Shown here piece by piece: positions 37,817 through 51,300 of a stretch of 64,000 nt of DNA. Source of the stretch: Cetorhinus maximus (Eukaryota). How positions within the stretch are numbered: position 1 is the first letter of the stretch; every line of letters starts with the position of its first letter. The position numbers were made by a program, and so were the translations under genes. A model generated the notes under the pieces. It was not told the DNA's origin. It did not search any database and saw only the letters and a list, made by a program, of their open reading frames with translations. Location of the stretch: positions 70,556,001-70,620,000 of the forward strand of contig NC_135881.1 in assembly GCF_964194155.1 (NCBI RefSeq). The letters are read 5' to 3'.

Positions 37817-38390
37817 GCGGAAGAATCTTGCCCTTGCCATGGGCACTCGGCAGGGGCGGGCAGGGGCAGTCGGGAAGCCGACCGTCACCCGCGATTAGCA
37901 CAGTACCGCGGTTTTACAGGGGCAGGCCAATTAAGGCCCGCCCAGCGTAGAATGCGAGCGGCAGCGCTCAACGCTGCCTGTGCAGGCGGGTGGGGGATGT
38001 GTGAGCGGGCCTAGCGTGAACTTTGCGCATGTGCACAAAACAGCGCTTCAATCTCCCTGAGGCACGGAACTGCCTTAGGGAGATGAAGCACTGTTTAAAA
38101 AAACTAATGAACAAAATAAAAATGTCATAGAACATGTCCCCTCATGTCACTCTGTCACATGAGAAGGGACATGTTTTTAATTCAAGTGTAAAATTTTTAT
38201 TTTATTTTTATTTGCATTAGAAACCCTCATCGCGCCCGGATGAGGTTTCCTAAAAAATGCAAAGGCCGCTTGGCCTTTTCGCCTACCTGTCAACCATTAG
38301 GTTGAACAGGCAGTGAAAAATTAAGCACAATTGTTAACTTAATGGCCTTAATGGGCGTGCACCCGCACACCAAGGGAAAAATCCTGCCCC
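37817..38390 (+). mobile_element. Harbinger-type MITE
   Basis: Same internal motifs; right end aaaatcctgcccc. Confidence 0.75.
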
Positions 38391-38482
38391 AAGTATACTT
38401 TACAAGTCATAATGTGGAATGAGATAATTAATCCAAACTTAAATTTCAAAGCATGCATGTGACCATTATAACTTGAGAACTT

Positions 38483-39163
38483 GGGCAGAACCTTCCAGTT
38501 GGCATGTGGGGGCGGGCCCGACACGCCAACACATAAAATGATGCGCGATGAGGTCGGGCGTGCCTCCCAACGTCATCACGATATTTTGTTCAGTTGGCTC
38601 GTGCCAGGGTCGGCTGCGCACCCGCTGAAATGTAAATGGCCTGTTAAGGCCATTAAGTAATCAATTGAGCCACTTGAGAATGCTGCCCGTCCAACCTTAA
38701 GGTTTGCGGGCAGGCGGAAAGCCCAAGCGGCCTTCGTGTTTTTCAGGAAACGTCATCCACGAGCAGGATGAGGTTTCCTGAAGCTTTTATTAAATAAATC
38801 AATTAATTTTCATAAATATAAAAACATGTCCCCACTCACGTGACACAGTTACATGAGGGGACATGTTTAAATAAATTTTCAAAGCAATTTTTTTTTGTTA
38901 TTTTCATATCCATTCAATCTCCCTGATCGCTGTGCTCTTTTACATGCATGTGTGAAAGAGCACAGGCCCTATCTCTCCTTCCTCCCCCCATCCACCCGCA
39001 CAGGTAGCGCTGAGCGCCACCGGCCGTGTATTACACTGGGCAGGCCTTAATTGGCCCGCCCATGTAAAATGGCAGTGCGGAGCCAATCAGGGACGGTGAT
39101 CGGCTCCATGCCCACCCCCGCCCGCTCTCATCTGTGCTGCCCGCCATAGGAAAATTCCTGGCC
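38483..39163 (-). mobile_element. Harbinger-type MITE, opposite orientation
   Basis: gggcagaaccttcc...gaaaattcctggcc; internal motifs in reverse order. Confidence 0.75.
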
Positions 39164-39599
39164 AGTGGCTTTGGAAGGAGAAGTAGCTAATAACAGTGGT
39201 GGATCTGTAAAATATGGTGTGGTTAGGTGTGTCACACTCAATGCCACAGAAGGGCCGAATGGCCTGATTTCTGCTCCTATGTCTTATGGTCTTATGGACA
39301 GCAGATTTACACTGACTGCATGGTTGTTGTTTATTCAGCTACAAAGGAAAGGATTCAGTAAAATGCATCACGGTTTCCAGCTAAGAAAGATGTTAATTAT
39401 AACCCCAAGTAGAATATGAGGAAGGAACTTCCACTCACGAATCAGCCTCTACAGCCACAACAGACGATCTTCAACACAGAAGTGACATACACCCTTAATG
39501 CAGCCCATTGTCTCCTGAGACAGACAGATGCCAAAATCTAATAATACATAGAATACACAATATCAGATTATATATTGCTGATCTGACAGAAATGTTTGG

Positions 39600-42450
39600 C
39601 TAGAAATTAGGTAGCCCTGTTTTTTGGATTTGGGGGTCATGATTCATGACCCGCCCACCCCCGTTCCAACTGAGACGGGCAGCACACGCATTTGGTATAC
39701 CCACCTCATCTGAATGATTGTAATGATTGTAGCATTGGTTTGAACAGTGCCCACAGTGCTCTTCTAAATGCTGCGTGCTGTCTCTGTGCTCAGCATTGAA
39801 GATGGTAAGGGGGGTTAGGGGAAGGGAAAGGGTAAGGGGGTGTGATGCAGATATCATTGTTAGCAAACCACATGGTCCAGCCATCCTTCATTTCTTAAAG
39901 CAGGCTGTTCCCCTTAAAGAGAAGCTGCACTGAAGAAAATTGCTTCAATTTAAAATTAAATAAAATGATCAGAACACCAGGGCAGAGAGAGGCTTCCAGA
40001 GTGATGGATGCAATGCTGCAGGCATTAGCAGTGGAGGTGGACAGAAGGAGAGACGTCATGGTTTCATGAGGGACCAAGAAGCCCTTAAGGACCACTCTCA
40101 GAAGGGATTGGGAACAAGTAACCAGGAAAGTCAATTCCCAGATTCTGGATCTGAGGAACAAACAGCAGATCCACAAGAAGGGTTGTGGGTCTGTGGAGTT
40201 CTCTTGTGGCAGCTGGGTCATTAAATATTTTTAAGGCTGAGTTAGATAGATTCTTGATTGACAAGGAATATCAAAGGATATTGGGATAGATAGGAAAGTA
40301 TAGTTGAGGGCACAATCAGATCAGCCATAATCTTATTGAATGGCACAGCAAGTCTGAAGGGCTGAATGGCCTTCTCTTGCTCCTAATTTGTATGTATGTC
40401 CGAGCACATATAGGGGATGCACTTGCATGGATCCTTCACCTGCTGCCATGGCAGACAGGCTGTGCAGAAAGCAGCTGACAGCATATTATACCCAGTGAAG
40501 CAGTGGCACACCTCCATAGTGTCACTCAACACAGTGCCCCGCTAATCTTATATCAATTTACAGTTGTGGGTTTTCTGATAGTATTAGGCGATTAGAATTC
40601 AAAAGTGACTGCAATGGTTCAAGAAGAAGGCCCACCACCACCTTTTCAAGGGAAACTAGAGATGGGCAATAAATGCCTACCTTGTCAATGACATTCACAT
40701 TCCAAGAAAGAATAAAAACAATAAGTGAGGTGTGAACAGGACAACTGGCTCCATGTCCTAGAAAACTTTAGGATCTGGAGTAGGAGTTGTGATTACATCT
40801 GCTTGAATATCAATGTCTCTGCAGAATGGTGGTTATGCCAATCATGCTGCAGCGCAAATGAGCTTACAAATTCATTTGTCCAGATGGACAGACAAAAACA
40901 TAATTTATCATATCTAGGGATGAGAATTCATCTGGGTCAGAGAACTGAGCACATCCAAATTTACCTTGTTTGATCAAAATGAGTTAAATCAAAACCTTTG
41001 CCAACTCAGTTATAATTTCTTTTACATTTTAATCATAATTATGCACGCAGAATACACTAACCTTCAAACACACTGTGCAACTAGAAATACACAAATTCAT
41101 GCCCATAGTTTTCCATCCTTTGAAGCCCTATCTTATCGTCTTACCTTGCAAATGACCCCATTGTTCGCTTTCTGTGTGTTTTATACCCCCATCGATCCAT
41201 CCATCTCTGTCACTCAGCCTGATTCTTATGCAATTTGATCTCTTTCCCTGATAGTCTCCCTCACCAAATGCACTCAATCCATCAAATGAAAATGAACCAT
41301 TTCCATCACTCATAGCCTTCCATTGCAGAAGAGAGTGCAGAGTACAAGGGAGAAAACCAGAGGTGATCCTCCACAGTTTTCCACCTGACAACTGCAGAGG
41401 AAGAAGTGCTGGAGATCAAAGGTGATTAAACATCCCTAATCATCAGTGACGGGGCAATAGAGACCTCACAGCTATCTGGTGACAGAATTAAATATCAGCA
41501 GCCCACATGTCATACAACACACAGTCATGTTGATTTGATTTCAGTAGAAAGTGAAATATAATCATCTTCATAATGTTAAGTTGCAACATTCTTACCTTGC
41601 CAGTACTAATTCACATATTTTCTCTTCACCAAGGTCTTCACAAGTACAGAAGCAGCTGATGAATCTCAAAGTCGATGAATCCTGAGGATTCCTTCTGAGG
41701 GTGCACCATCACAGGAGCCATGCTCAGAATGCACCAGCTCAGATATTCACACTTCATTGGAACCACTTAGACAAAGAGTTGGGTTTTTACATGTTGACTC
41801 ACATTTCAGAAGTGAGCTTGAGAAAACAGTGGTGGCAGAGACAAAAGTGGAGAGTTCACATTGGAGGTCCCAGCCCTCTCCAAGTTCTGCTTAGCTCAAC
41901 ACAAAAGCTGCATCCTGGAAGCTGTCAATGAAAAGGATAGTCATTGAGGGCAACAGAAAATCTGCAATTTACAGTCAGGACTTCCACGCACACTGGCCAA
42001 AATTGTAGAGAAAATTATAAGGTTCACCCCAAATATGAGTGGGTTCAAGTTGCAAGGCAATGCAGATAGCTTCTTCGATAGGTAAAGTAGCCACATGCAT
42101 AAAATATTGATTGCAGCAATCACATGTGTCAATGCAGGTCTTGACCACTGCCTTTCAGGCACTGAATGCCAACCTATCCGCCATCTTAAATAGGATAACA
42201 TTCTCCTCTCTCCCGATGGCTGAGCCTGCCTCTGCACAGGTGCAGGTGGGGCAGTTTTTGACTGGACCTTTAAAGGCTCCAACATCTAGAGTTTTACAGC
42301 AAAGTGCATCTCAGCATTCAGAGCAGGGATCTGAGCAACCTGCCTCTACCTCTACTCAAAGCGCAGGAGGTGCAACACATAAAAGTGGCAGGAAGAGTTA
42401 AATGTTTTAGTTGCATAAGGGAATGCACAAGGTTATGTGAAAAACTGTTA
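39600..42450 (+). mobile_element. Old Harbinger Myb-like remnant with nested CR1 tail (40180-40400) and LINE tail (40605-40718)
   Basis: Degenerate Myb N-terminus near 39980 (LQALAVEVDRRRDV); recognisable LINE tails inside. Confidence 0.45.
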
Positions 42451-45400
42451 TGTTGTTAAATTTCCATTGTTTAGTAGAATCACATAAAATTTATTACTTT
42501 GCACACCAGGTCCAATCTAAGGCAGCCATAGTACCACCCACACTGATCTTGAGTATTAATACCTTCAAAACGCAGAATTAGCTTCTCAACACAAGCACTC
42601 TTAACAAATCCTTTTCCAGTGGTAGATAGCAAAGCAGCTTTGAACACTATTGTTGTCATATGCCTGGCTTTGAATGAATCTCATGAATTGCTGCTCTTTT
42701 CTCGCCTTGGTTTCAATAGCAAATTTCAGGAAGCCCAGGAAATCCAGGCATGCTGCATTAAGTTTAAGTACTGGTTGAAAAGCCACTGCAGTTCACTGAT
42801 TTAAAAATTCAAATCACCATCTCACTTCAATGGAGGGGGTTACGTACACAGAATCAAATGCGCCAAGGTTAAACCTGGGAGTTGGTATGTTAGAGCTGGT
42901 TTCCACACATGCTAACATTCTTCACAACACAACCTCCTACCCGTATCTAAATCCATGAGTGCAACAATGTTAAAATTCCCCCTAATGGCTTCAGACAACT
43001 GGATCTGAAAGGTTTTTTGGTATTCAGATCCAATAAACAGGTTACTTTGTAGTATTATAGGAAAATAAAAAATGAGATATTTACGATGCATACACTTTGA
43101 ATAGTTGGGACAAACAGCTTCAGAAAATTCTCAATATCTTCACTTCTAGAAACAAAGTAGGCATTTCAATCAACTTAATTGTGAGAAACTTATTAAATGC
43201 TCTTACGTGATTAGAACCACAAATGAGAGAAAAGGACTAAGGATTTGTAATAACATAATAAAATGAAAAACAGAAAAAGACCAATCTACCTAGCCTGATC
43301 TAAACGTGCAGTTGTGATGCCCTATGCATCAAATATTCCCTTACCCCACTGGAGCAATATATAATCCCCCAGGAAAGGCAAAAAAAAACATTTGAAAACA
43401 GGCTAATTAAGGAAAAGAAATCTGGAAAACTCCTCTCTGATGCCTTTCAGCAGTTGACTCGCCCTTACATGTGGTTCTCTCCACTCCAGGCGGAAACAAG
43501 CCCAGTTTCCTCCTGCAGGAATGCAGCAAATCAGCAATCATGACACGAGTTAGCAATTGGCTCCATTGTTTTCTGGGCAAAGAGAGACCACCTAATATCC
43601 AATCTATTTCTGCTCAGTGACCCCTGGTCCTCCTTAACCTTTTCAGTTGAAATAATAAGCACAAGCTAATTACTTCACTATTTGATAAGCCTTCATCAAA
43701 TAACCATTAACTCTGCTTTTCTAAAATATACAGGCCCAGTTCTTTGAGTCAATCTTAGTAACTAAGCTATTCTAAACTGAAAATGAACCTTGTGTCATAC
43801 ATCTGCATCCTTCACAAAGCCTCAACACCTTTTCAAATTAGTGTTATTGAGTCGTTCTGCACATGTTTTTGTTAATACTGTTAGCATTAGAAAGTACAGC
43901 AATATTGCTTAAAATCTGTAATGTATAAATCAACTAGTCTGGGACTAGAAGGTGGTGTAGTGTATTGGGCTACCATTGTATAATGCTATTGAGTGGAAGG
44001 ACGTAAATTCAATCTCCCAGATCACTGAATTCCTCATCTCAGTTAAACTGTTGGACAAGGGATTGTCCTTATGCCAGCAGCTTTGGTGGCTATATGGGGA
44101 CGCATTGGTGGTCCTCTTGTTTACAATTAATTTGAGTTTCAGGGAGATCAAAGGGAACTGGGAGGAAGCAGAATCTGTTCATTGGTGTGTTAATTGGACA
44201 TTTCTGCATACCAAAAAATACATTATGTCAATGGAAAGCCAACTCATACTTTGTATTTATATATTTATATGAGAAATATGATCTAACATGCATAACATAT
44301 GAATTGACAGAACCTATTATGGATGTGATTGATAGATGAAACGTGAAACATATGGTTAGAATGTTGCCTGGAACCCATTGATTCGATTACTGAATTTTAT
44401 AATCACACTCATTGTTCTTTATTTTGAGAAAGTATGTATGAAATTTGTAATTGAGATAGATGCATGAGTAGGCTTATAGCATATTTAAAGTATGATATGC
44501 TCTGATGACATGTCCCACCCCAAACATTAATCAATCTTGCTTTTTTTTTCAGATGCTGACTGAACTGTTCTGCGTTTACAGCATTTATAGTTTTTGTTTC
44601 ACATTTACATTGTTTCTCTCTATTTAGTGGTTTAGTGCTTGAGATGCATTAAAATATATAGATTATTGATATCTTTGGACTGAAGGCTTTTGAAAAAATT
44701 CACAATAAGATTGTGATCAATTTTATTAAAAATGAAAACATATTATTTTCTCCCCAGTATTACTCATTCATAAGGCTACAATTAGGATGCTATGTGTGAC
44801 ACTTCCTCAGAAGTTCAGCACATTTATACATTGAACAAATGGACAACACAGACCAGAAAGTTCCAAAGTTCTACCTCTGTTTTGTGCCAGGTTAATTGAT
44901 TTTAGCTAAGGGGGTGTTGCAGCATTAAAGTTACTTCCAGTGCCTTTGGATCAGATAGCAGAAAAACAATAAATATTTCCACACATGATTGGCATCCAAC
45001 AAAACATTAGTTGAGGCGGGAGTTAGTTGTGATAGCCCCTGTGAATGAATAACCTGCTGGCACTCGCTGCTACGGGCCACATATGAATAATGGTCACTGG
45101 GGTATAATACAATACCCCAGCTAGGAGTAAATACCTTGAATTTAATCGGGGAGGAGAGGGATGGAGGAAATTTTGGCTGAAAAAACATTCAAACCTTCAG
45201 AAAGGCATTAGCTCATTAATGAAAATCATAAAAGGATCACAAAAATTACTTCTCAAGGTCAATATTCTGGAGCTTTCCCGGAAGTTAGGCCAAAACTTGC
45301 CAAATCCTTTTCTTAAGGATTTGTTTCCCTCCTCAGTGAATTGAATGGGCTGGACAGATTCCTTAATAGGGAAAACTGTTCAAGATTTATGAAGGAACTG

Positions 45401-48337
45401 GGTTTGCTGAATCTAGTAGACTTAGTTCACATTTCTTATTTTATGAGTTGCAACTTCCCATTGCCTTGAAGAATTACACATTATTCCTCTTTAGTGGTCT
45501 CATCAGCTTGAGGCATTGATTTGCTGGTAATGTTAAAAATTTTGTGACTGTTAAAATTCTGGGATCAGGTTGTGGTTGGATTATTATATAATTCCAAAAT
45601 TTTCCATCTTATTATAGTGTTAGCTTTAAAAATAATTATTTACAAATAACATTAGCCCACAGTCACTTTAATGTAATAATTTAGCTTATGTTTAAGAGGT
45701 GGCAAGGAGGAAAAAGAAAATGGCAGAAATGAATTGGAATTCAATTTCTGGGTTTCTGTTAGAGTCTCCATTTTGTTTTTATAAGTCAGAGAGTAAAATC
45801 ATTGTTATTGCCCCATCATCCCCTTCAGCCCTTGTTTCTGCAGAAGTGAAAGGAAGACAAATAACAGAAAATGCCAGAAGTGCATTGTATATGTGATTTG
45901 GTTGCTCCCATATGAATGATTTTCATTGTGGATATTATGATAATGTTGCAGCTTATTTCTGGCATTCAGTCTAATTCTGGGCAAATTGCCAGTCAATTTA
46001 AGGATATTGAACTGAATCAGCCTATTCAACCAAATAACACATGGTATAAATCCACGGCTCAGAGGTAGTTATCTCTGGTTGCCTCAAGCGAAGGAATGGC
46101 TGTATTGTTGAAGCTGAGCCGAGAGTTGACTGTAGATATGAAATCTCTATTCTTAAGCAGACTGCATTTGTGAGCCCAGCTGTTGAAAATGAAAGATTCA
46201 ATTCAGGGACTTAAATTACAAATAAGTGAAGTATGAAACAGATGTGATTGGTAAGAAGTTGAAAATGCTCTGCTCAAAAGCCATATCCCGGCTTTACCAG
46301 GGAATGTGGACTGTCTGGAGACTGCATATAAAAAACAACCTGCTGTTTTATAAACTCCCTGATGATAGCACAGGCTCTGGATTGTAAAAGCCTGGTAAAG
46401 CAAGTCATTAAACCAAAATTGGCTATAACTAAATTTAAATCTGTGATAAAAATGCAGAGGACCAACAGAAAATGAGTTAGTCAATGTCGTTGTAATAAAA
46501 AGAATGTGTTCTGTCAGCTGCTAAGGAACAAGAGGAAATGAATTGGTGTCCACTTTTTTAAAGCTAATTCTACAATACTGCAATTGTAAGCAAGTAGCAT
46601 CCGTTTATAGGTATATGTGCTAATGACACTTTTTAAAAATGCAAGTGGCTAAACTATGCAGTTTTGTATGAAAGGAATAGGGTGTAGTAAAATCCCCATG
46701 TGTTAGTTTTCATGTTTTGTCAACAAAATTTCTAACACAAATCAATTGAAATGAAGCCAATTAAATAGCACTAACAGCTGCTTAGTATCATGTTCCAAAT
46801 CATACCACCATCTGATGGTGTCTCCCTGCTTTGGAACTACATAGTGAGGTTAGATGCACAGTATATGTTGTAACATATAGGTTATCTGTTTGTAGTGGAT
46901 CAGCATATATGGGCTAAATATTTCAATAATAAGAAACTGCACGATGTGTTTCAATATCTTTTTTTTTTGCTTGCTACATTATTATAAATTCCCTCATGCT
47001 AAATTTTTCAATGACAGTGGGTCTCTATCCTACATAGAAGATTGCTATTAACCAGTTAAATAATTAAATTCTGTGTGTACGTGTGTGTGTATGCATGTAT
47101 AAGACCGCGATCTGTGTCGCTCAACACTGACTGGCACAGAATGATCCTGGCTTTGATTAAGATGCAAAGTGAATGTGCCTTTTGATACTTCACTGTTTAT
47201 TTTTTCAACAGGAATAAAAAGAAATGAGAATAAGCACATAATCACATAAATACACTTGAGGTGCAAGTATAAATCATAATTTGAGAAATATAAGTGTTGT
47301 AAAATATTAGCAAGGACAAATGCAGGCAATTAAAACTAGGTACATTGCAAACAGGGATATATATTTGGAATGATGCTGACAGAGGCAACAACAGCAGGTT
47401 GAAATGCTGAAAAAGCCATCTCTGACAAACAGAAGGTTGAGGGGGAGAGAGGAGGCAGCAACAAAAACTACATTGGATATTGAGATCAAGTGCAAATTTA
47501 GGATGGAGGCTACAATGGTCACTGGACAGAGGGAGTGGTGTTCTCTGCCTAAATTGTTTGAAATCTTAAGATTAAAAAAAATAAAATAATCTATTCTGCC
47601 TTGCAACCATAGTGATTGGCAACATTGATAATCTAGAAATGGGCTACAAATAAAGGATTAAGGAAGCTGCAGGAATTGGACTTGCGGCCAGGTCCTCAGA
47701 AAATTCAAATCGGGCATGAACAAGAGTAATTTCATTTTAATTTGACCACCAATGCAGTCTGTAGAGTATACACTATTCTATAGAACCTCACGAGTGTTTA
47801 GTGTCATTCATGGAATCAGACACATGTCTGCACTGGCTGAATCTATGTATTGTTGCTTCACCTGCCACTGCTTGAGGCAGCACATTGATTGCTCAGTTTG
47901 AGCCTATTTACTCCAAGTATAATCAGCAGTTTAAAATCATTTACATTAGAATACTACGTCTTATCATCAGCTACTTCTTTTCCAGTTTGTTTGTCAAGGT
48001 GAGCAATGGCATACAAGCAAATTCAATATTCTGCACTTTGAACCGAAATCAAACATCTGCAGTCAAACTTCAATGTAATTGATTATTAAAGGGTTTAAAG
48101 TCCAAATTATTTCCATCCAGATGCATTTTCAATATTTAACACCATGAAATATAATTGTTGTGATATTCATATGAAAGCAAAAAAAGGCGTTAGGTCTCTT
48201 TTGGATTTCGTAAGATATATTAGGTGGATCAATGTAAAGCATGAAAGTGTGGGGGGTGGTTAAGAACTAAAAATCATGAAGTGCAACCCCAATCCAAGGT
48301 TGTGTCCTGCTCCCAAGGGATGAGACACTTCATTATA

Positions 48338-51300
48338 TGAACACACGAACATACGAAATAGGAGCAGAAGAGCCTGCTAAGTCATTCGATAAGATCATGG
48401 CTGATCCGTTTGTGTTTCAAGTTCCACATTCCCATTTACCCCCGATAACCTTTGATTCCCTCATCTAACAAGAATCCATCTACCTCTGCCTTAAAAATAT
48501 TCAGTGAGACCCTGTCTCCGTCGCTTTCTGATGCAGAGAGTTCAAAAGTCACACAACTCTCTAAAAGAAAAAAAACTCTTCTCATCTGTCCTATAAAAGC
48601 GAGCCCTGATTTTAAAACAGTGCCCCCTTCTGGACTCACCCACAAAAGGGAATATTGGCTGGGATTTTCCAGCTCCGTCGCAGGCGAGGTGGCGCCCCGG
48701 CCAGAAGTCCATTGACTTGCGGCTGGACCGGAAGGTCGCGGTGGCCGGTTGGTGTGGAAAATCCTGCCCATCCTTTCCACATCCACTTTGTCAAGACTAT
48801 TCAGGATCTTATATACTTCAATCAAGTCACCCCTCACTCTTCTAAACTCCAGTGGAAACAACCTAGTCCAACCTTTCTTCATAAGGCAACCCACTCATTC
48901 CAGGTATCAATCTACTAAACCTCCTCTGAACTGTCTCCAATGCATTTACATCCTCCCTTAAATAAAAAGACCAAAACTGCACACAGTATTCGAGATGTAG
49001 TCTCACCAATGGCCTGTATAACTGAAGCATAGAATCCTTACTTTTATGTTCAATTACTCTCATAATAAAGGATAACATTCCATGAGCCTGTTGTACCTGC
49101 ATACTAACTTTTTGTTACTCACGCACAAGAACACCTAGATCCCTCTGCACCTTGGAATTCTGCAGTCGTTCTCCGCTTAAGTAACTCTACTTTATTATTC
49201 TTCTTGCCAAAGTGAACAACTTCACATTTTCCCACATTATACTCCATCTGCAAGATTTTTGCCCACTCACTCAACTTATCCATTTCCGTCTGCAAGCTCC
49301 TTATGTCTTCTTCACAACATACTTTCTTACCTATCTTTGTGTCATTTGCAAATTTAGCTATCATGCCTTCACTCCCCTCATCTAAATCATTGATGTAAAT
49401 GGTAAAAAGTTGAGGCCCCAGGACAGACCTCTGTGGGACTCCACTTGCCACATCCTGCCAATCAGAAAAAGACCCATTTATGAATACTCTCTGCTTTCTG
49501 CCAGCCAGCCAGCCAATCATCTGACCAGGCTAATATATTACCCTCTACACCATGAGATTTTATTTTCCACAATAACCTTTGATGTGGCACCTTATGAAAT
49601 GCCTTCTGGAAATCTAAATACAGTACATCTACAGGCTCTTATCTATCCACCGCACATGTTACTCCTCCAAAGAATTTAATAAATTGGTTAAACATGATTT
49701 CCCTTGCATAAAACCATGCTGACTCTTCCCAATTACTTCGAACACACCAAGCTAACTGGCCTATAGTTTCCTCCCTCCCTCCCTTCTTTTATAGAGGGGT
49801 TATATTTGCTATTTTCCAGTCTGATGGAACCTTTCCAAAACCTAGCAAATTTTGGAAAATTAACACCAACGCATCTACTACCTCATTACCACCTCTTTTA
49901 AGATCCCAGGATGAAGTCCATTTGGATCCGGAGACTTGTCAGCCTGCAGCTCCATCAGTTAGCTCAGTACTGCTTCCCTAGTGATTGTAATTTCACCAAG
50001 TTCCTCTCTCCCCTCCACCTTTTGATTTACAGCTATTACTGAAATGTTTTTTATATCTATAGTGATGACAGAAGCAAAATACTTATTCATTTCATCTGCC
50101 ATTTCCTTATTATTTACTATTAATTCCCCATTCTCACTCTCCAGAGGACCAACATTCACTTTACTTACTCTTTTCCTTTTTAATTACCTGTAGAAACACT
50201 TGCTATCTGTTTTTACATTTCTAGCTAGCTTCCTCTCATACTCTAATTTCTTTCTCCTGATTGATCTTTTCGTCATTCTCTGCCGTTCTTTATATTCTGA
50301 CCAATCATCTGACCTGCCACTCATCTTTGTACAATTATATGCTTTTTCCTTAAGTTTATTGCTTTCCATAACTTTTTTAGTTAACCACGGATGGTGGGTC
50401 CTCCCTTTAGAACTTTTCTTTAGAGTAGGAATATACTTATTGTGAGTATTCTGAAATAGCCCCTTAAATGTCTGCTACTGCTTCTCAGTTGATTTATCCT
50501 GTAGCCTGGTATCCCAGTGCAATTCAATTAGCTCAGCTTTCATGCCCACATAGTTGCCCTTATTTAAGTTTAAAATGCTAGTCTTGGACCCACTCTTCTC
50601 CCTTTCAAACTGGATGTAAAATTCAATCATATTGTGCTTTCTGCTACCTAGGGGTGCCTTTACTCTGAGGTCATTAAATAATCCTGTGACATTACATCAT
50701 GCCAAGTCTAATATGATCTGCTGTCTGGTAGTTTCTCAGAACAGCACATCCTGGAACCATTCTCAAAATCATTTTATAAACTCAGGTTACTACTGCTGAT
50801 CTGATTTTTTCAGTTTACATGTGGATTAAAGTCTCCCATGGTTATTGCCATCCCTTTATCACAAGCACCCAATATTTCTTCTTGTTTACTTTATCCTACA
50901 TTGTGGTTACTGTTAGGGGACCTGTAGAACACTCACACTAGTGATTTCTTTCCCGTACTATTCCTCATCTCCACCCAAACCGATTCTACATCCTGATCTC
51001 CTGAACCAAGTTCATTTCTAACTATTGCACAAATACCATCCTTGATTAACAGTGCTACCCCACCACCTTTACCTAACTTCCTATTCTTCTTGAATATAAT
51101 ATACCCCTCAATATTCAGGATGCAATCCTTGTTATCTTGCAGCCAGGACTTCATAATGGCTATCAAATCATATTTATTTACTTCAACGTGCGCTCTCAAT
51201 TTGTTCACTTTGTTATGAATGCCACGTGCATTCAGATATGGAGCCTTTAGCTTAGTCTTATTGTTATCTTTGTCTTGATTCTTTCTGCATTCTTAGGTTT

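Noticed and set aside
47072-47100. (GT)n microsatellite
   Set aside because: Short and interrupted; unremarkable.
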